In this document: in pieces, positions 39,010 through 53,025 of the stretch
Position numbering within the stretch: position 1 is the first letter of the stretch
Layout of the letters: every line of letters starts with the position of its first letter
DNA from: Klebsiella michiganensis
GTDB taxonomy: Bacteria > Pseudomonadota > Gammaproteobacteria > Enterobacterales > Enterobacteriaceae
Assembly (NCBI GenBank): GCA_000963575.1
Contig: CP011077.1
Location: 112,288 to 176,287, forward strand
DNA length: 64,000 nucleotides
Direction of reading: 5' to 3'
The notes under the pieces: model-generated
The model's input: the letters and a program-made list of their open reading frames with translations, nothing else
Told to the model about the DNA's origin: nothing
Database searches by the model: none
Made by a program: the position numbers and the translations under genes

Positions 39010-39648
39010 GTGCAGCGACTCGCAATACTCTTTGTCTGTCTGTTACTCCAGGCGTGCTCAGCCACCACCAGAGGGCTGGGTACCTCGCTTTGGAACAGCA
39101 TTGCTGGAGGCGGGGGCGTACAGCTTACCGACGATGAAATTGCTGAGATGCGCTACGCGAGCCAATACATGAGTATCAACAACGGCCCTCAGCTGTTCGT
39201 GGTGCTCGCTTATAACGAAGACGGCCAGCAGAAGTGGGTGACGCAGGACAGGTCGGTTATCGTCACGCAAAACGGCCGTATTGTGAAAACGTCCGGGCTT
39301 GGCGACAACCTCACAGAGGTCACTAACCTCACCCGCGATCCGCTGGTGAACGTGAAGCAGATTCGGGATGGCGCGAGCTGGACCCGGCAGATGGCCTGGA
39401 CTGAGCACCAGCAGGTTCGCTACGCCACCGCAACGTCCACCTTTGAATTTGACGGCACCGACACGGTGAAACTCGGCAGCAGCGTAACCAAAGTGCGCGT
39501 ACTTGAAGAAGAAGTGACTGCGCTCGGGAAGCGCTGGACGAACCGCTATTGGGTGGACGATGAAGGGCAAATCCGCAAATCAAAACAGTACCTTGGCCCT
39601 GGGTACTGGCCTATCACCACGCTTCTTGTGAAGGCGGCAAAACAATGA
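39010..39648 (+). CDS. yjbF: lipoprotein YjbF (exopolysaccharide production)
   Basis: GTG start preceded by GGGGAA RBS; lipobox LLLQAC; 212 aa as in E. coli YjbF (the ORF track's ATG at 38983 lacks an RBS). Confidence 0.8.
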   Translation: MQRLAILFVCLLLQACSATTRGLGTSLWNSIAGGGGVQLTDDEIAEMRYASQYMSINNGPQLFVVLAYNEDGQQKWVTQDRSVIVTQNGRIVKTSGLGDNLTEVTNLTRDPLVNVKQIRDGASWTRQMAWTEHQQVRYATATSTFEFDGTDTVKLGSSVTKVRVLEEEVTALGKRWTNRYWVDDEGQIRKSKQYLGPGYWPITTLLVKAAKQ

Positions 39649-40382
39649 AAAAAATCCCCTTTACGTTGCTCAGTCTGCTTTTCACCTGCGCGTTCACTCA
39701 CGCAGAAAGTACCGTGACGATTTATACCCAACCGCAAACGCAGCCGAGGGTGATTAAAGACGCCGCGCGGCTGGTAGATTTGGTGACTAACCCTACCTTA
39801 AGCCGCACCTGGTGGCCTGCGGCGGTGATTAGCTCCCGGCAGGCAAGTGCGGCAGAAGAACAAAAACACCAACAGTTGCTGGCCCGTCTTGCTGAGGTGG
39901 CCGCAGACGAAGGTGGGGATGACGGCGCTGCCATTAACGGGCTGCGCCAGCAGCTCAGCGCTATGCATGTGACCGGGCGGCAGTTTGTCAATCTGGACCC
40001 CGATTGGGTTCGCCTTCGTCCACAAGCGAACGTGCCGCTTGAGGGAGAGTACAGCCTGTGGGCCGGGCCGCAGCCCACAACGATTACGCTGGTGGGGTTA
40101 GTCAGCTCCCCCGGCGTGAAACCTTTTACCCCCGGGCGCAGCGTGGATGACTATCTGGATGACATCAGCCTGTTGAGCGGTGCCGAAAGAAGTTATGCCT
40201 GGGTTATTTACCCGGACGGCAAAATCGAAAAAGCGCCGGTTGCGTACTGGAATAAGCGCCATATTGAGCCCTCACCAGGCAGCCTCATCTTTGTGGGTTT
40301 CTCCGACCGCCTTTTCAGCTCCACGTTTGATGAGCTGAACCAGCAAATTCTTAATACCCTGACCCATCGGATACCGGATTAA
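39645..40382 (+). CDS. yjbG: exopolysaccharide production protein YjbG
   Basis: 245 aa with signal peptide; 4-bp overlap with yjbF; synteny. Confidence 0.85.
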   Translation: MKKIPFTLLSLLFTCAFTHAESTVTIYTQPQTQPRVIKDAARLVDLVTNPTLSRTWWPAAVISSRQASAAEEQKHQQLLARLAEVAADEGGDDGAAINGLRQQLSAMHVTGRQFVNLDPDWVRLRPQANVPLEGEYSLWAGPQPTTITLVGLVSSPGVKPFTPGRSVDDYLDDISLLSGAERSYAWVIYPDGKIEKAPVAYWNKRHIEPSPGSLIFVGFSDRLFSSTFDELNQQILNTLTHRIPD

Positions 40383-42478
40383 TGAAAAAACGTTACCTGT
40401 ATAGCCTGATTGCGCTGGCGGTGACTTCCGCCTGCCGCGCCGAAACGTATCCGGCACCCGTTGGCCCTTCTCAGGCAGATTTTGGCGGCGTGGGTCTGTT
40501 ACAAACGCCGACGGCGCGTATGGCGCCTGAAGGCGAATTTAACCTTAACTATCGTGATAACGACCAGTACCGCTTCTACTCCTCTTCCATGCAGCTTTTC
40601 CCCTGGATGGAGGCCACGCTTCGCTATACCGACGTGCGGACTCGTCACTACAGTAGCGTGAAGGCATTCTCGGGAGACCAGACCTATAAAGACAAAGCGT
40701 TTGACGTCAAATTCCGCCTTTGGGAAGAAGGTTACTGGCTGCCTCAGGTCTCCGCCGGTATTCGTGACCTGGGCGGTACCGGCCTGTTTGACGGCGAATA
40801 TGTCGTGGCAAGCAAAGCGTGGGGGCCGTTCGACTTCAGCCTCGGTATGGGCTGGGGATATTTAGGCACCAGCGGCAACATCAAAAACCCCCTCTGTGAA
40901 TACAGCGACAAGTACTGCCATCGTGATAACAGCTACCAAATGGCGGGCTCCTTTAACTTTAGCGGCATGTTCCACGGCCCGACATCGCTGTTTGGCGGCG
41001 TGGAGTACCAAACGCCGTGGCAGCCGCTCAGGCTGAAAGTGGAGTATGAGGGAAACAACTACAGCCATGAATTTGCTGGAAAAATAGACCAGCGCAGCAG
41101 CGTTAACGTGGGCGCTATCTACCGGGTTACCGACTGGGCAGACGTGAACATGAGCTATGAGCGCGGTAACACCTTTATGTTCGGCGTCACGCTTCGCACC
41201 AATTTTAACGATCTTAAGTCGGGCTACAGCGACGCCCGCCGGCCTGAATATCAGCCGCACCCGCAGGACGAAATTCTGCAGCACAACGTGGTGGCCAACC
41301 AACTGACCGACCTGAAATACAACGCCGGGCTGATCAACCCTAACATCCAGGTCAAAGGTGACACGCTCTACGTGACGGGTGAGCAGGTGAAATACCGCAA
41401 TTCCCGCGAAGGTATCGAACGCGCCAACCGCATCGTTATGAATGATCTGCCGGATAATATCCGTACTATCCGCATTACTGAAAGCCGGCTCAATATGCCG
41501 CAGGTCACCACTGAAACGGACGTTGCCAGTCTGCGTCGACACCTCGAGGGGGAGCCGCTGGGGCAGGAAACTCAGCTGGTACAAAAACGCGTTGAGCCTA
41601 TCGTGCCAGAAAGCACCGAGCAGGGGTATTACATCGAGAAGTCGCGCTTCAACTACTCAATAGATCCTATTCTCAATCAGTCCATCGGCGGCCCGGAAAG
41701 CTTCTACATGTACCAGCTTGGGGTGATGGGAAACGTGGACTACTGGCTGACGGATCACCTGTTAACCAGCGGCAGCCTGTTTGCTAACGTCGCCAATAAC
41801 TACGACAAATTTAACTACACTAATCCGCCAACGGATTCTACGCTGCCGCGCGTGCGTACCCACGTTCGTGAATATGTAGAAAACGATGTCTACATCAACA
41901 ACCTGCAGGCTAACTACTTCCAGTACTTCGGGCACGGGGTCTACGGCCAGGTTTATGCGGGCTACCTGGAAACCATGTACGGCGGTGCGGGGGCCGAGCT
42001 GCTTTACCGCCCGGTGGACAGCAACTGGGCGATTGGCATCAACGGTAACTATGTTAAGCAGCGCGACTGGCGTAGCGCGCAGGATATGATGAAATTTACC
42101 GACTACAGCGCCAAAACGGGCCATATCACCGGCTACTGGACGCCGCCGTTTGCCCAGGATGTGCTGGTTAAGCTCAGCATCGGCCAGTATCTGGCGCAGG
42201 ATAAGGGGGGCACGCTGGAGATCTCCAAACACTTTGACAGCGGGATTGTGGTGGGCACCTACGCCACCATCACCAACGTGTCGAAGAAAGAGTACGGCGA
42301 AGGGGACTTCACCAAAGGTTTCTACATCAATGTGCCGCTGGATATCTTCTCGGCTTACCCGACCCGGAGCCGGGCTCAGGTGACCTGGACGCCGCTGACG
42401 CGTGACGGCGGGCAGATGCTGGGCCGTAAGTTTGACCTGTATGGGGTGACCAGCGATCGCAGCGAGAATTTCCACTAG
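40382..42478 (+). CDS. yjbH: outer membrane porin-like protein YjbH (GfcD/YmcA family)
   Basis: 698 aa, signal peptide, beta-barrel-like composition, C-terminal …NFH; synteny. Confidence 0.88.
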   Translation: MKKRYLYSLIALAVTSACRAETYPAPVGPSQADFGGVGLLQTPTARMAPEGEFNLNYRDNDQYRFYSSSMQLFPWMEATLRYTDVRTRHYSSVKAFSGDQTYKDKAFDVKFRLWEEGYWLPQVSAGIRDLGGTGLFDGEYVVASKAWGPFDFSLGMGWGYLGTSGNIKNPLCEYSDKYCHRDNSYQMAGSFNFSGMFHGPTSLFGGVEYQTPWQPLRLKVEYEGNNYSHEFAGKIDQRSSVNVGAIYRVTDWADVNMSYERGNTFMFGVTLRTNFNDLKSGYSDARRPEYQPHPQDEILQHNVVANQLTDLKYNAGLINPNIQVKGDTLYVTGEQVKYRNSREGIERANRIVMNDLPDNIRTIRITESRLNMPQVTTETDVASLRRHLEGEPLGQETQLVQKRVEPIVPESTEQGYYIEKSRFNYSIDPILNQSIGGPESFYMYQLGVMGNVDYWLTDHLLTSGSLFANVANNYDKFNYTNPPTDSTLPRVRTHVREYVENDVYINNLQANYFQYFGHGVYGQVYAGYLETMYGGAGAELLYRPVDSNWAIGINGNYVKQRDWRSAQDMMKFTDYSAKTGHITGYWTPPFAQDVLVKLSIGQYLAQDKGGTLEISKHFDSGIVVGTYATITNVSKKEYGEGDFTKGFYINVPLDIFSAYPTRSRAQVTWTPLTRDGGQMLGRKFDLYGVTSDRSENFH

Positions 42479-42559
42479 CGCCGATAAATAAACTAGATCA
42501 AGATCACATTTTAGACGTATAACAGCCTCTCAAGACCACAATAATAATGAGAGGCCGTT

Positions 42560-42967
42560 ATGCCTGCGTCACAGCGTTTTGCCTGGATTTCTACCGTCAT
42601 GCAGACGGTGCTTAATCTGGGACTACTAGCCCTTGGGCTGATTCTGATTATCTTCCTGGGCAAGGAGACCATTCACCTGGCCACCGTGCTGTTTACGCCC
42701 GGAGAGGATGCCAGCTCGTATCTGTTCATCGAAGGGCTGGTGGTCTATTTCCTCTATTTCGAATTTATCGCACTGATTGTGAAGTACTTTCAGTCGGGCT
42801 ATCACTTCCCGCTGCGCTACTTCGTGTACATCGGTATTACCGCGATTGTGCGCCTGATTATCATCGACCATAAATCGCCGATCGACGTGCTGATTTATTC
42901 GGCAGCGATTCTGGTGCTGGTCATTACCCTTTGGCTATGTAACAGCCAGCGCCTGAAACGGGAATAA
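42560..42967 (+). CDS. psiE: phosphate-starvation-inducible inner membrane protein PsiE
   Basis: 135 aa, 4 TM helices, matches PsiE. Confidence 0.92.
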   Translation: MPASQRFAWISTVMQTVLNLGLLALGLILIIFLGKETIHLATVLFTPGEDASSYLFIEGLVVYFLYFEFIALIVKYFQSGYHFPLRYFVYIGITAIVRLIIIDHKSPIDVLIYSAAILVLVITLWLCNSQRLKRE

Positions 42968-42995
42968 AAAAGGGCGGCCCTGGGGCCGCCTGAAT
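42965..42995. terminator. hairpin terminator between psiE and malG (mainly serves malG on the minus strand)
   Basis: aaaaaagggcggccctggggccgcc: 7-bp GC stem, A-run on the + side. Confidence 0.65.
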
Positions 42996-43069
42996 AAAGT
43001 GCTAAGGTCAAAGTGAGGGTTGCAGTGGTATGACATCAAGATGAAGCAAATGACTTTCAGGGATAAACG

Positions 43070-43960
43070 TTAACCTTTCACCCCGCCAGCGGTCAGGCCG
43101 CTCACCAGCCAGCGCTGGGCCAGCAGGAACACAACGGTAATCGGTATCGCGGAGAGCACGGCAGCGGCGGCAAAATCACCCCAAAGGTAGTTTTGCGGGT
43201 TAAGGTATTGCTGCATACCCACGGCCAGCGTGTAGCTGTCTACGTCGCGGAGCAGCAGCGAGGCCACCGGCACCTCGGTAATCGCGGCAATAAACGACAG
43301 AATAAAGACCACCGCCAGAATCGGCACCGACAGCGGCAACAGCACCAGACGGAATGCCTGCCACGGCGTCGCGCCATCCAGCGCGGCGGCCTCTTCCAGC
43401 GAACCATCGATAGTTTCGAAATAGCCCTTAATCGTCCAGACATGCAGCGCGATCCCGCCTAAATAAGCAAAAATCACCCCGCCGTGTGTGTTCAGGCCGA
43501 TAAACGGAATGTACTGACCCAGGCGGTCAAACAGGGCATATAGCGCCACCAGAGACAGCACCGCCGGGAACATCTGGAAAATTAGCATCCCTTTCAGCAG
43601 CGTGGCTTTGCCGGGGAAGCGCATTCGGGCAAAAGCGTAGGCACAGGTCGTAGAAAGCGTGACGATACCTATCGCCGTGATCCCGGCAATTTTTATCGAG
43701 TTCCACAGCCAGAGCAGAACCGGGAATGGCGGAGGCGTGACGCGACCATCCGCGTGTTCCACGCTAAAGCCCAGCGCCAGCTTCCAGTGCTCCCATGAAA
43801 CCTGGTCCGGGATCAGACTCCCGGTGGCAAAGTTACCCGGACGCAGCGAGATGGCGATGACCATCAGCAGCGGGAACATGATTGCTGCGATAAACAGCAG
43901 CAGCAGAAGGTGCGTGAGGAACAGACGCAGCTTTTGAGATTTGGGTTGCACCATGGCCAT
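43070..43960 (-). CDS. malG: maltose ABC transporter permease MalG
   Basis: 296 aa, matches MalG. Confidence 0.97.
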   Translation of the reverse strand: MAMVQPKSQKLRLFLTHLLLLLFIAAIMFPLLMVIAISLRPGNFATGSLIPDQVSWEHWKLALGFSVEHADGRVTPPPFPVLLWLWNSIKIAGITAIGIVTLSTTCAYAFARMRFPGKATLLKGMLIFQMFPAVLSLVALYALFDRLGQYIPFIGLNTHGGVIFAYLGGIALHVWTIKGYFETIDGSLEEAAALDGATPWQAFRLVLLPLSVPILAVVFILSFIAAITEVPVASLLLRDVDSYTLAVGMQQYLNPQNYLWGDFAAAAVLSAIPITVVFLLAQRWLVSGLTAGGVKG

Positions 43961-43970
43961 CGTCGTCTCC

Positions 43971-45515
43971 TTAATCGAACTTCATACGGGTGGCTTTCAG
44001 GTTCACAATCGCAAGGGCGCCCACCAGCAGGAAGATAAGCGTTGCGATAGCCGCCGCCAGGCCAAAGTCCTGGCCACCGCCGCCTTCAAAGGCGATGCGG
44101 TAGGTGTAGCTCACCAACAGGTCGGTATAACCGGCTGGGGTGGTCGTTCCAAGCCTGTCCGGGCCACCATTGGTCAGCAGTTGAATCAGAACGAAGTTAT
44201 TAAAGTTAAAGGCGAAGCTGGCAATCATCAGCGGCGTGAGCGGCTTAATCAGCAGCGGTAGCGTAATTTTAAAGAAATTCTGGAACGGGCCTGCGCCATC
44301 CATGGCCGATGCCTCATAAAGGTCGTCAGGAATGGCTTTCAGCAGGCCCATGCACAGGATCATCATGTACGGATAGCCTAGCCAGGTATTGACGATGATG
44401 ATCATCGAGCGGGCGGTGGTAGGGTCGCTAAACCAGGCGGGTTTAATGCCGAATAGCGCGCTCAGCATCATATTGATTTCACCAAAGCTTTGGTTGAATA
44501 AACCTTTGAAAATCAAAATGGAAATAAACGAAGGCACCGCGTAGGGAAGAATCAACAGCAGGCGATACACCGCCTTGCCTTTTAGCGCTTCCCACTGCAC
44601 CACGCAGGCCAGCACCATCCCCACCGCGACGGTAAGAATCACCGTCAGTACGGAGAAAATCACCGTCCAGACGAAGATAGCCAGGAATGGTTTTTGGATC
44701 CCGTCATCGTGGAAAACGCGCAGGAAATTTTTCCAGCCGATGGTGACGGTATAGCCCGGACTTAGCTGTTCGCCTGCCCAGCTCCCGTCGGCGTTTACCG
44801 ACTCGTAATAACCGATATGGTCGTTCGGGGCGTATTTTACGCTGGTCTGGTTATTGGTCAGTTCGCCGTTTTCCGCCAGGGTGTAAAGTGGGCGAGTGCC
44901 GGAAAACTGGCGCAGCGAGCTCATAACCACCTTGCTTTCATCCGGCAGCACGGCGGTTATCTGGCTCAGCGCCTGGCGGTTTTGGGTGATGACACGTAGG
45001 TTGCCGCGCTCGCCTGTCGGCAGCGCTTCTGCTTCTTTCAGCTGGAGTTTTTGTTCACCACCAAAGGTAAACGGGGCCGAGATATACTGTTTACCGCTTT
45101 CCCCGTCGGTGAGTGCTAACGTCCATTCATTGCCGTTGGGATAAAGGCCAAAGTTGAACGTTTTGCCTGCCTGGTACTGGCGGTCCATCAGCACCTGTTG
45201 CGCGCGTTCAAAGGTTAGCTGGTTGGTGCTGCTGTAGTTAGTAAAAGCGATAGCGATAGTGCAGATCAGCGGAAAGAGGACGAACAGCCCCATGCCGGCC
45301 ATGCCGGGGTATACGTAGCGCCAGGCATAGGCCTTGCGGTTAGCAAAAATATAGAGGCCAAGCGAGCTTAAAATCAGCGTCATTATGGCGAACAGGTACT
45401 CCCCCTGGGCGTACATTAAAACCACCAGATAGCCGACCAGCAGGCCCAATGCCCCGATGACTGACCATTTCAGTCCCTCGTTTTGCCACCAGCGGCTCTT
45501 TTTAACTGCATCCAT
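43971..45515 (-). CDS. malF: maltose ABC transporter permease MalF
   Basis: 514 aa, matches MalF. Confidence 0.97.
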   Translation of the reverse strand: MDAVKKSRWWQNEGLKWSVIGALGLLVGYLVVLMYAQGEYLFAIMTLILSSLGLYIFANRKAYAWRYVYPGMAGMGLFVLFPLICTIAIAFTNYSSTNQLTFERAQQVLMDRQYQAGKTFNFGLYPNGNEWTLALTDGESGKQYISAPFTFGGEQKLQLKEAEALPTGERGNLRVITQNRQALSQITAVLPDESKVVMSSLRQFSGTRPLYTLAENGELTNNQTSVKYAPNDHIGYYESVNADGSWAGEQLSPGYTVTIGWKNFLRVFHDDGIQKPFLAIFVWTVIFSVLTVILTVAVGMVLACVVQWEALKGKAVYRLLLILPYAVPSFISILIFKGLFNQSFGEINMMLSALFGIKPAWFSDPTTARSMIIIVNTWLGYPYMMILCMGLLKAIPDDLYEASAMDGAGPFQNFFKITLPLLIKPLTPLMIASFAFNFNNFVLIQLLTNGGPDRLGTTTPAGYTDLLVSYTYRIAFEGGGGQDFGLAAAIATLIFLLVGALAIVNLKATRMKFD

Positions 45516-45539
45516 GGGGTTTTCCTCTACAGCGTGTTA

Positions 45540-46055
45540 TTTCCCCTCACCCTAACCCTCTCCCCAGAGGGGAGAGGGGACAGAAAGGGCCAGTTTTCTC
45601 ACCCCAGCGGAGGGCCGGGCTCAGTCCGAATGCCTTCTCTCCCTTTTGGGTGAGAGCCGGACTCAATCCGAATTCCTTCTCTCCCTTGTGGGTGAGGGCT
45701 GGACTCAGTCCGAACTCCTCCCTCCCCCTTGTGGGTGAGAGTCGGACTCAGTCCGAATTCCTCCCTCTCCCTTGTGGGTGAGGGCCGGACTCAATCCGAA
45801 TGCCTTCTCTCCCTTGTGGGTGAGAGCCGGACTCAGTCCGAATTCCTCCCTCTCCCTTGTGGGTGAGGGCCGGACTCAATCCGAATGCCTTCTCTCCCTT
45901 GTGGGTGAGGGCCGGACTCAATCCGAATTCCTCCCTCTCCCTTGTGGGTGAGGGCCGGACTCAGTCCGAATTCCTTCTCTCCCTTGTGGATGAGGGCCGG
46001 ACTCAATCCGAATTCCTCCCTCTCCCCTTTGGGGAGAGGGTCGGGGTGAGGGGCA
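45540..46055. repeat. intergenic tandem repeat array: about 10 copies of a 43-44-bp unit (GGGTGAGGGCCGGACTCARTCCGAATKCCTYCYCTCCCTTGTG), bounded by palindromic CTCTCCCC-N4-GGGGAGAG elements
   Basis: direct reading of 45606-46035; the units differ at only a few wobble positions; terminal palindromes at 45560-45580 and 46019-46040. Confidence 0.9.
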
Positions 46056-46059
46056 AGGT

Positions 46060-47624
<1,565 letters not shown>

Positions 47625-48734
47625 ATGGCGAGCGTGCAGCTACGGAACGTAACAAAAGCCTGGGGTGACGTGGTGGTGTCGAAAGACATCAATCTCGACA
47701 TCGATGAGGGAGAGTTCGTGGTTTTTGTCGGGCCGTCAGGCTGTGGTAAGTCAACGCTGCTGCGCATGATTGCGGGCCTTGAAACCATCACCAGCGGCGA
47801 GCTGCTGATTGGTGAAAAGCGCATGAACGACATCCCACCCGCTGAACGCGGCGTTGGCATGGTGTTTCAATCGTACGCCCTCTATCCCCACCTCTCCGTC
47901 GCGGAAAACATGTCCTTCGGCCTGAAGCTTGCCGGGGCAAAAAAAGACGATATCAACCAGCGTGTGAATCAGGTTTCCGAAACCTTGCAGCTCGCGCATC
48001 TGCTGGAGCGCCGCCCGAAGGCACTGTCCGGGGGGCAACGCCAGCGCGTGGCGATTGGCCGGACCCTGGTCGCGGAGCCGCGAGTCTTCCTGCTGGATGA
48101 GCCGCTTTCAAACCTTGATGCCGCGCTGCGCGTGCAGATGCGCATTGAGATCTCGCGCCTGCACAAGCGCCTGGGCCGCACGATGATTTATGTGACTCAC
48201 GACCAGATTGAGGCGATGACCCTGGCCGACAAAATCGTCGTGCTGGATGCCGGTCGCATTGCGCAGGTCGGGAAACCGCTAGAGCTGTATCACTACCCGG
48301 CAGACCGCTTTGTGGCGGGTTTTATCGGGTCGCCAAAAATGAACTTCCTGCCGGTAAAAGTGACCGCGACGGCCATTGACCAGGTGCAGGTGGAATTGCC
48401 TAACCGTCAGCATGTCTGGCTGCCGGTGGAAAGCCGCAACGTTCAGGTAGGCGCCAATATGTCACTTGGCATCCGCCCGGAACACCTGCTGCCGAGCGAC
48501 ATTGCTGACGTCACCCTTGAAGGGGAAGTGCAGGTCGTTGAGCAGTTGGGACATGAGACTCAGATTCACATCCAAATCCCCGCCATTCGTCAAAACCTGG
48601 TTTACCGCCAGAACGACGTGGTGTTGGTAAAAGAGGGTGCCACATTCGCTATTGGCCTGCCGCCAGAGCGCTGTCATCTGTTCCGAGAAGATGGCACCGC
48701 ATGTCGTCGGTTGCATCAAGAGCCCGGCGTTTAA
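47625..48734 (+). CDS. malK: maltose ABC transporter ATP-binding protein MalK
   Basis: [44 protein letters not shown]… (the ORF track starts 6 nt upstream). Confidence 0.97.
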   Translation: MASVQLRNVTKAWGDVVVSKDINLDIDEGEFVVFVGPSGCGKSTLLRMIAGLETITSGELLIGEKRMNDIPPAERGVGMVFQSYALYPHLSVAENMSFGLKLAGAKKDDINQRVNQVSETLQLAHLLERRPKALSGGQRQRVAIGRTLVAEPRVFLLDEPLSNLDAALRVQMRIEISRLHKRLGRTMIYVTHDQIEAMTLADKIVVLDAGRIAQVGKPLELYHYPADRFVAGFIGSPKMNFLPVKVTATAIDQVQVELPNRQHVWLPVESRNVQVGANMSLGIRPEHLLPSDIADVTLEGEVQVVEQLGHETQIHIQIPAIRQNLVYRQNDVVLVKEGATFAIGLPPERCHLFREDGTACRRLHQEPGV

Positions 48735-48746
48735 GCATTCCCATAA

Positions 48747-50099
<1,353 letters not shown>

Positions 50100-50198
50100 G
50101 TTAACCCGCTGTGCGGGTGCATAGCGCCCGCCAGTTTCAAATGCCTGACCCGTCTCTTTTTTGCCTGAAGGAGACGGGTTCGCTCCGAGGATAAAACA

Positions 50199-51149
50199 AT
50201 GAAAAAACATCTTCTTGCGCTTTGCCTGCTTCCCGTTCTGGGCTTAACGTCCGTACCGGCTGCTTTTGCTGCGAACACGGCGATTAACCCACAAAACGTC
50301 TCTACCGCACCGTCTATTCCTGCGGACAAATTACAAAGCCTGCCGTGGACTCCGTTGATACCGCCCGTCAGCCAGGACGTAGTGCTGAACGCCTCTTCGG
50401 CCAGTATTAACGTCGGGGAACTCACCGGGGGCGTGGCCGCCTTCGTGCTGCCAGCGGATCAGGGTTCACTGGAAATCACGCTATCCAGCGTAGTTAAAGA
50501 CTTAAGCGTTTATGCGCCCAACGTTCTGATTCTCGACGGGCAGATGCAGCCTTCAGCTTTCTTCCCGAGCAGTTACTTCCAGTACCAAAAGCCAGGCATG
50601 ACCTCCGGCAATCGTCTGGAAAATGTCATGAAGCTGACCCCGATGATGGGCCAGAAACAGATCTATATGCTGGTGTACACCACCAAACGTGACCTGACGG
50701 AAACCACCCGCATGATTAACCCGGCGAAGCTCTATGCCGAAGGGGCAAGTAACGCCATTCCTGACGTTGCCGACCCGGTTGCCCGCCACAGTGGGCAGGG
50801 TGCGCTGACGGTACAGGTCAAAACCGAGCAGAACAGCGGCAACATCATGATCGGCAAGATTTTCGGCGGGTCTGATGCGAAACCTGTTGTGGTGGGTAAC
50901 GTAGCGCCGCCGACGGCTTACTCTGCACCGGCCGCCGCTCCGGCCCCGGTGGCAGCACCTGCGCCGGCACCGGCCGCGAAGAGCGAGCCAATGCTCAATG
51001 ATACGGAAAGCTATTTTAACCACGCGATTAAACAGGCTGTGGATAAAGGCGACATCGATAAAGCCCTGAAACTGCTGAATGAAGCCGAGCGTCTGGGTTC
51101 CACCTCCGCCCGTAAAACTTTTATCAGCAGTGTAAAAGGCAAGGGGTAA
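50199..51149 (+). CDS. malM: maltose operon periplasmic protein MalM
   Basis: 316 aa, signal peptide, Ala/Pro-rich linker, synteny. Confidence 0.93.
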   Translation: MKKHLLALCLLPVLGLTSVPAAFAANTAINPQNVSTAPSIPADKLQSLPWTPLIPPVSQDVVLNASSASINVGELTGGVAAFVLPADQGSLEITLSSVVKDLSVYAPNVLILDGQMQPSAFFPSSYFQYQKPGMTSGNRLENVMKLTPMMGQKQIYMLVYTTKRDLTETTRMINPAKLYAEGASNAIPDVADPVARHSGQGALTVQVKTEQNSGNIMIGKIFGGSDAKPVVVGNVAPPTAYSAPAAAPAPVAAPAPAPAAKSEPMLNDTESYFNHAIKQAVDKGDIDKALKLLNEAERLGSTSARKTFISSVKGKG

Positions 51150-51182
51150 TCACTTCCCCACGTTGCTGATGCTTGAAGTATT

Positions 51183-51210
51183 GGTGCGCTCAGGCGCACC
51201 TTTTTTTTCC
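51183..51210 (+). terminator. malK-lamB-malM operon intrinsic terminator
   Basis: ggtgcgctcaggcgcaccttttttttcc. Confidence 0.85.
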
Positions 51211-51587
51211 CCGTCATAATTCAAGCCACAGGGGTGTTGGCTGCACTCTGGTTATTCAGCTCATCCATGAGCTTCACCCTTTCAGGGCCGTTGCTGGCTA
51301 CGTTCAAATCTGCTCCCGGCAGATTTGTCACCCCCGTCACTTATTTATATAAGCCCCTGGGGATTATTCCCCCTACGGGGCCGCAGTAAACTGCGTTCAA
51401 AGTCGCTTACGCGAATTTGTCACTCCCTTGCCGCCTACCTGTGGCTGGAATTATTTAGGGGAAAGAGGGGGCAGCATTTCCTGTTGCTCAATTGTTGCGG
51501 TATTTGCCGCGCGTGTTGCCATTGTCTGCCCGCATGATGATGTTCTGCGTTACAATGCCTTCAGGTTATGTCTCGGAGAGTGTTCCC

Positions 51588-52097
51588 ATGTCCGACGCGC
51601 TGTCGCCGTTGCGCGCCCTGAATTTCTACACGGAGGTCCCGCAAGGGCTAAGCTCCGATTATCTCGACTGGCTGCTGCTGGAAGATTCGATGACTAAACG
51701 CTTCGAACAGCACTGTCGAAAAGTCACCGTTCGCATCGTGCGTGAAGGTTTTGTCCCGGCCGGCAGCGATTTGCCCGAAGCTGATTTATTACCTGCCTCT
51801 GAGCGTTACTGGCTGCGGGAAATTATTCTCTGCGGGGATGACGAACCCTGGCTGCTGGGCCGCACCGTGGTGCCTGAAAGCACACTTGATGGCCCTGAGC
51901 TGGCGTTGCAAAAGCTTGGCGACACGCCGCTCGGGCGCTACCTGTTTAGTTCATCAACCCTGACGCGTGACTATATTGAGGTTGGCCGCAGCGCCGAACT
52001 GTGGGGACGGCGTTCCCGGCTGAGACTTTCCGGTAAGCCTTTGATGCTGACGGAACTGTTCCTGGCGGCGTCTCCGCTGTATGAAGAGGAAAAATAA
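51588..52097 (+). CDS. ubiC: chorismate pyruvate-lyase
   Basis: homology to UbiC begins at [17 protein letters not shown]…[15 protein letters not shown]; the ORF track's upstream extension is not supported. Confidence 0.9.
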   Translation: MSDALSPLRALNFYTEVPQGLSSDYLDWLLLEDSMTKRFEQHCRKVTVRIVREGFVPAGSDLPEADLLPASERYWLREIILCGDDEPWLLGRTVVPESTLDGPELALQKLGDTPLGRYLFSSSTLTRDYIEVGRSAELWGRRSRLRLSGKPLMLTELFLAASPLYEEEK

Positions 52098-52969
52098 TGG
52101 AGTGGAGTCTTAAGCAGGGAAAACTTCTGGCTTATCACCGGTTGATGCGTACCGATAAGCCCATTGGCGCTCTGTTACTGCTATGGCCTACGCTGTGGGC
52201 GCTTTGGGTGGCAACCCCGGGCTTACCCTCGCTGCTGAATCTGGTTGTTTTTATCGCCGGCGTCTGGCTGATGCGTGCCGCGGGCTGCGTGGTGAACGAT
52301 TATGCCGACCGCAAATTTGACGGCCACGTAAAGCGTACCGCGCAGCGCCCGCTGCCAAGCGGTGCTGTTTCTGAGAAAGAAGCGAAAGTCCTGTTTGTGG
52401 TGCTGGTTGGCCTCGCCTTCTTGCTGGTGCTGACGCTCAACACCATGACTATCCTGCTGTCCGTGGCGGGGCTGGCGCTGGCGTGGGTGTATCCGTTTAT
52501 GAAACGCTACACCCATTTACCTCAGGTGGTGCTGGGTGCGGCCTTTGGCTGGTCCATCCCCATGGCTTTTGCCGCCGCCAGCGAATCGGTGCCGCTAAGC
52601 TGTTGGCTGATGTTCCTCGCCAATATTTGCTGGACCGTGGCGTACGACACCCAGTATGCAATGGTGGACCGCGACGATGACCTGAAGATAGGCATTAAGT
52701 CGACGGCTATCCTGTTTGGCCGCAACGACAAGCTGATCATCGGCCTGCTGCAAATCGCCACCATGCTGTTAATGGGCGTTGTGGGCTGGCTCAACGGGCT
52801 GGGCGGCACGTTTTACTGGTCAATTCTGCTGGCGGGCGGGCTGTTTGTACATCAGCAGAAGCTGATCGCCAAACGCGAGCGTGAAGGCTGCTTTAAAGCG
52901 TTTATGAATAACAACTATGTGGGGCTGGTGCTGTTCCTGGGCCTGGCGTTGAGTTACCTGCATTTCTGA
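52097..52969 (+). CDS. ubiA: 4-hydroxybenzoate octaprenyltransferase
   Basis: 290 aa, UbiA prenyltransferase motifs (NDYADRKFD), start overlaps the ubiC stop. Confidence 0.96.
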   Translation: MEWSLKQGKLLAYHRLMRTDKPIGALLLLWPTLWALWVATPGLPSLLNLVVFIAGVWLMRAAGCVVNDYADRKFDGHVKRTAQRPLPSGAVSEKEAKVLFVVLVGLAFLLVLTLNTMTILLSVAGLALAWVYPFMKRYTHLPQVVLGAAFGWSIPMAFAAASESVPLSCWLMFLANICWTVAYDTQYAMVDRDDDLKIGIKSTAILFGRNDKLIIGLLQIATMLLMGVVGWLNGLGGTFYWSILLAGGLFVHQQKLIAKREREGCFKAFMNNNYVGLVLFLGLALSYLHF

Positions 52970-52982
52970 GTATTCAGGCAAT

Positions 52983-53014
52983 AAAAAAGGCGGGTGCATC
53001 ACCCGCCTTTTTCG
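52983..53014. terminator. bidirectional terminator between ubiA and plsB
   Basis: aaaaaaggcgggtgcatcacccgcctttttcg. Confidence 0.85.
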
Positions 53015-53025
53015 TTTTTGCTAAA

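Noticed and set aside
45540-46055. Possible CRISPR array
   Set aside because: The units are complete 43-44-bp direct repeats with no intervening unique spacers and no cas genes nearby; interpreted as a REP-like tandem minisatellite.
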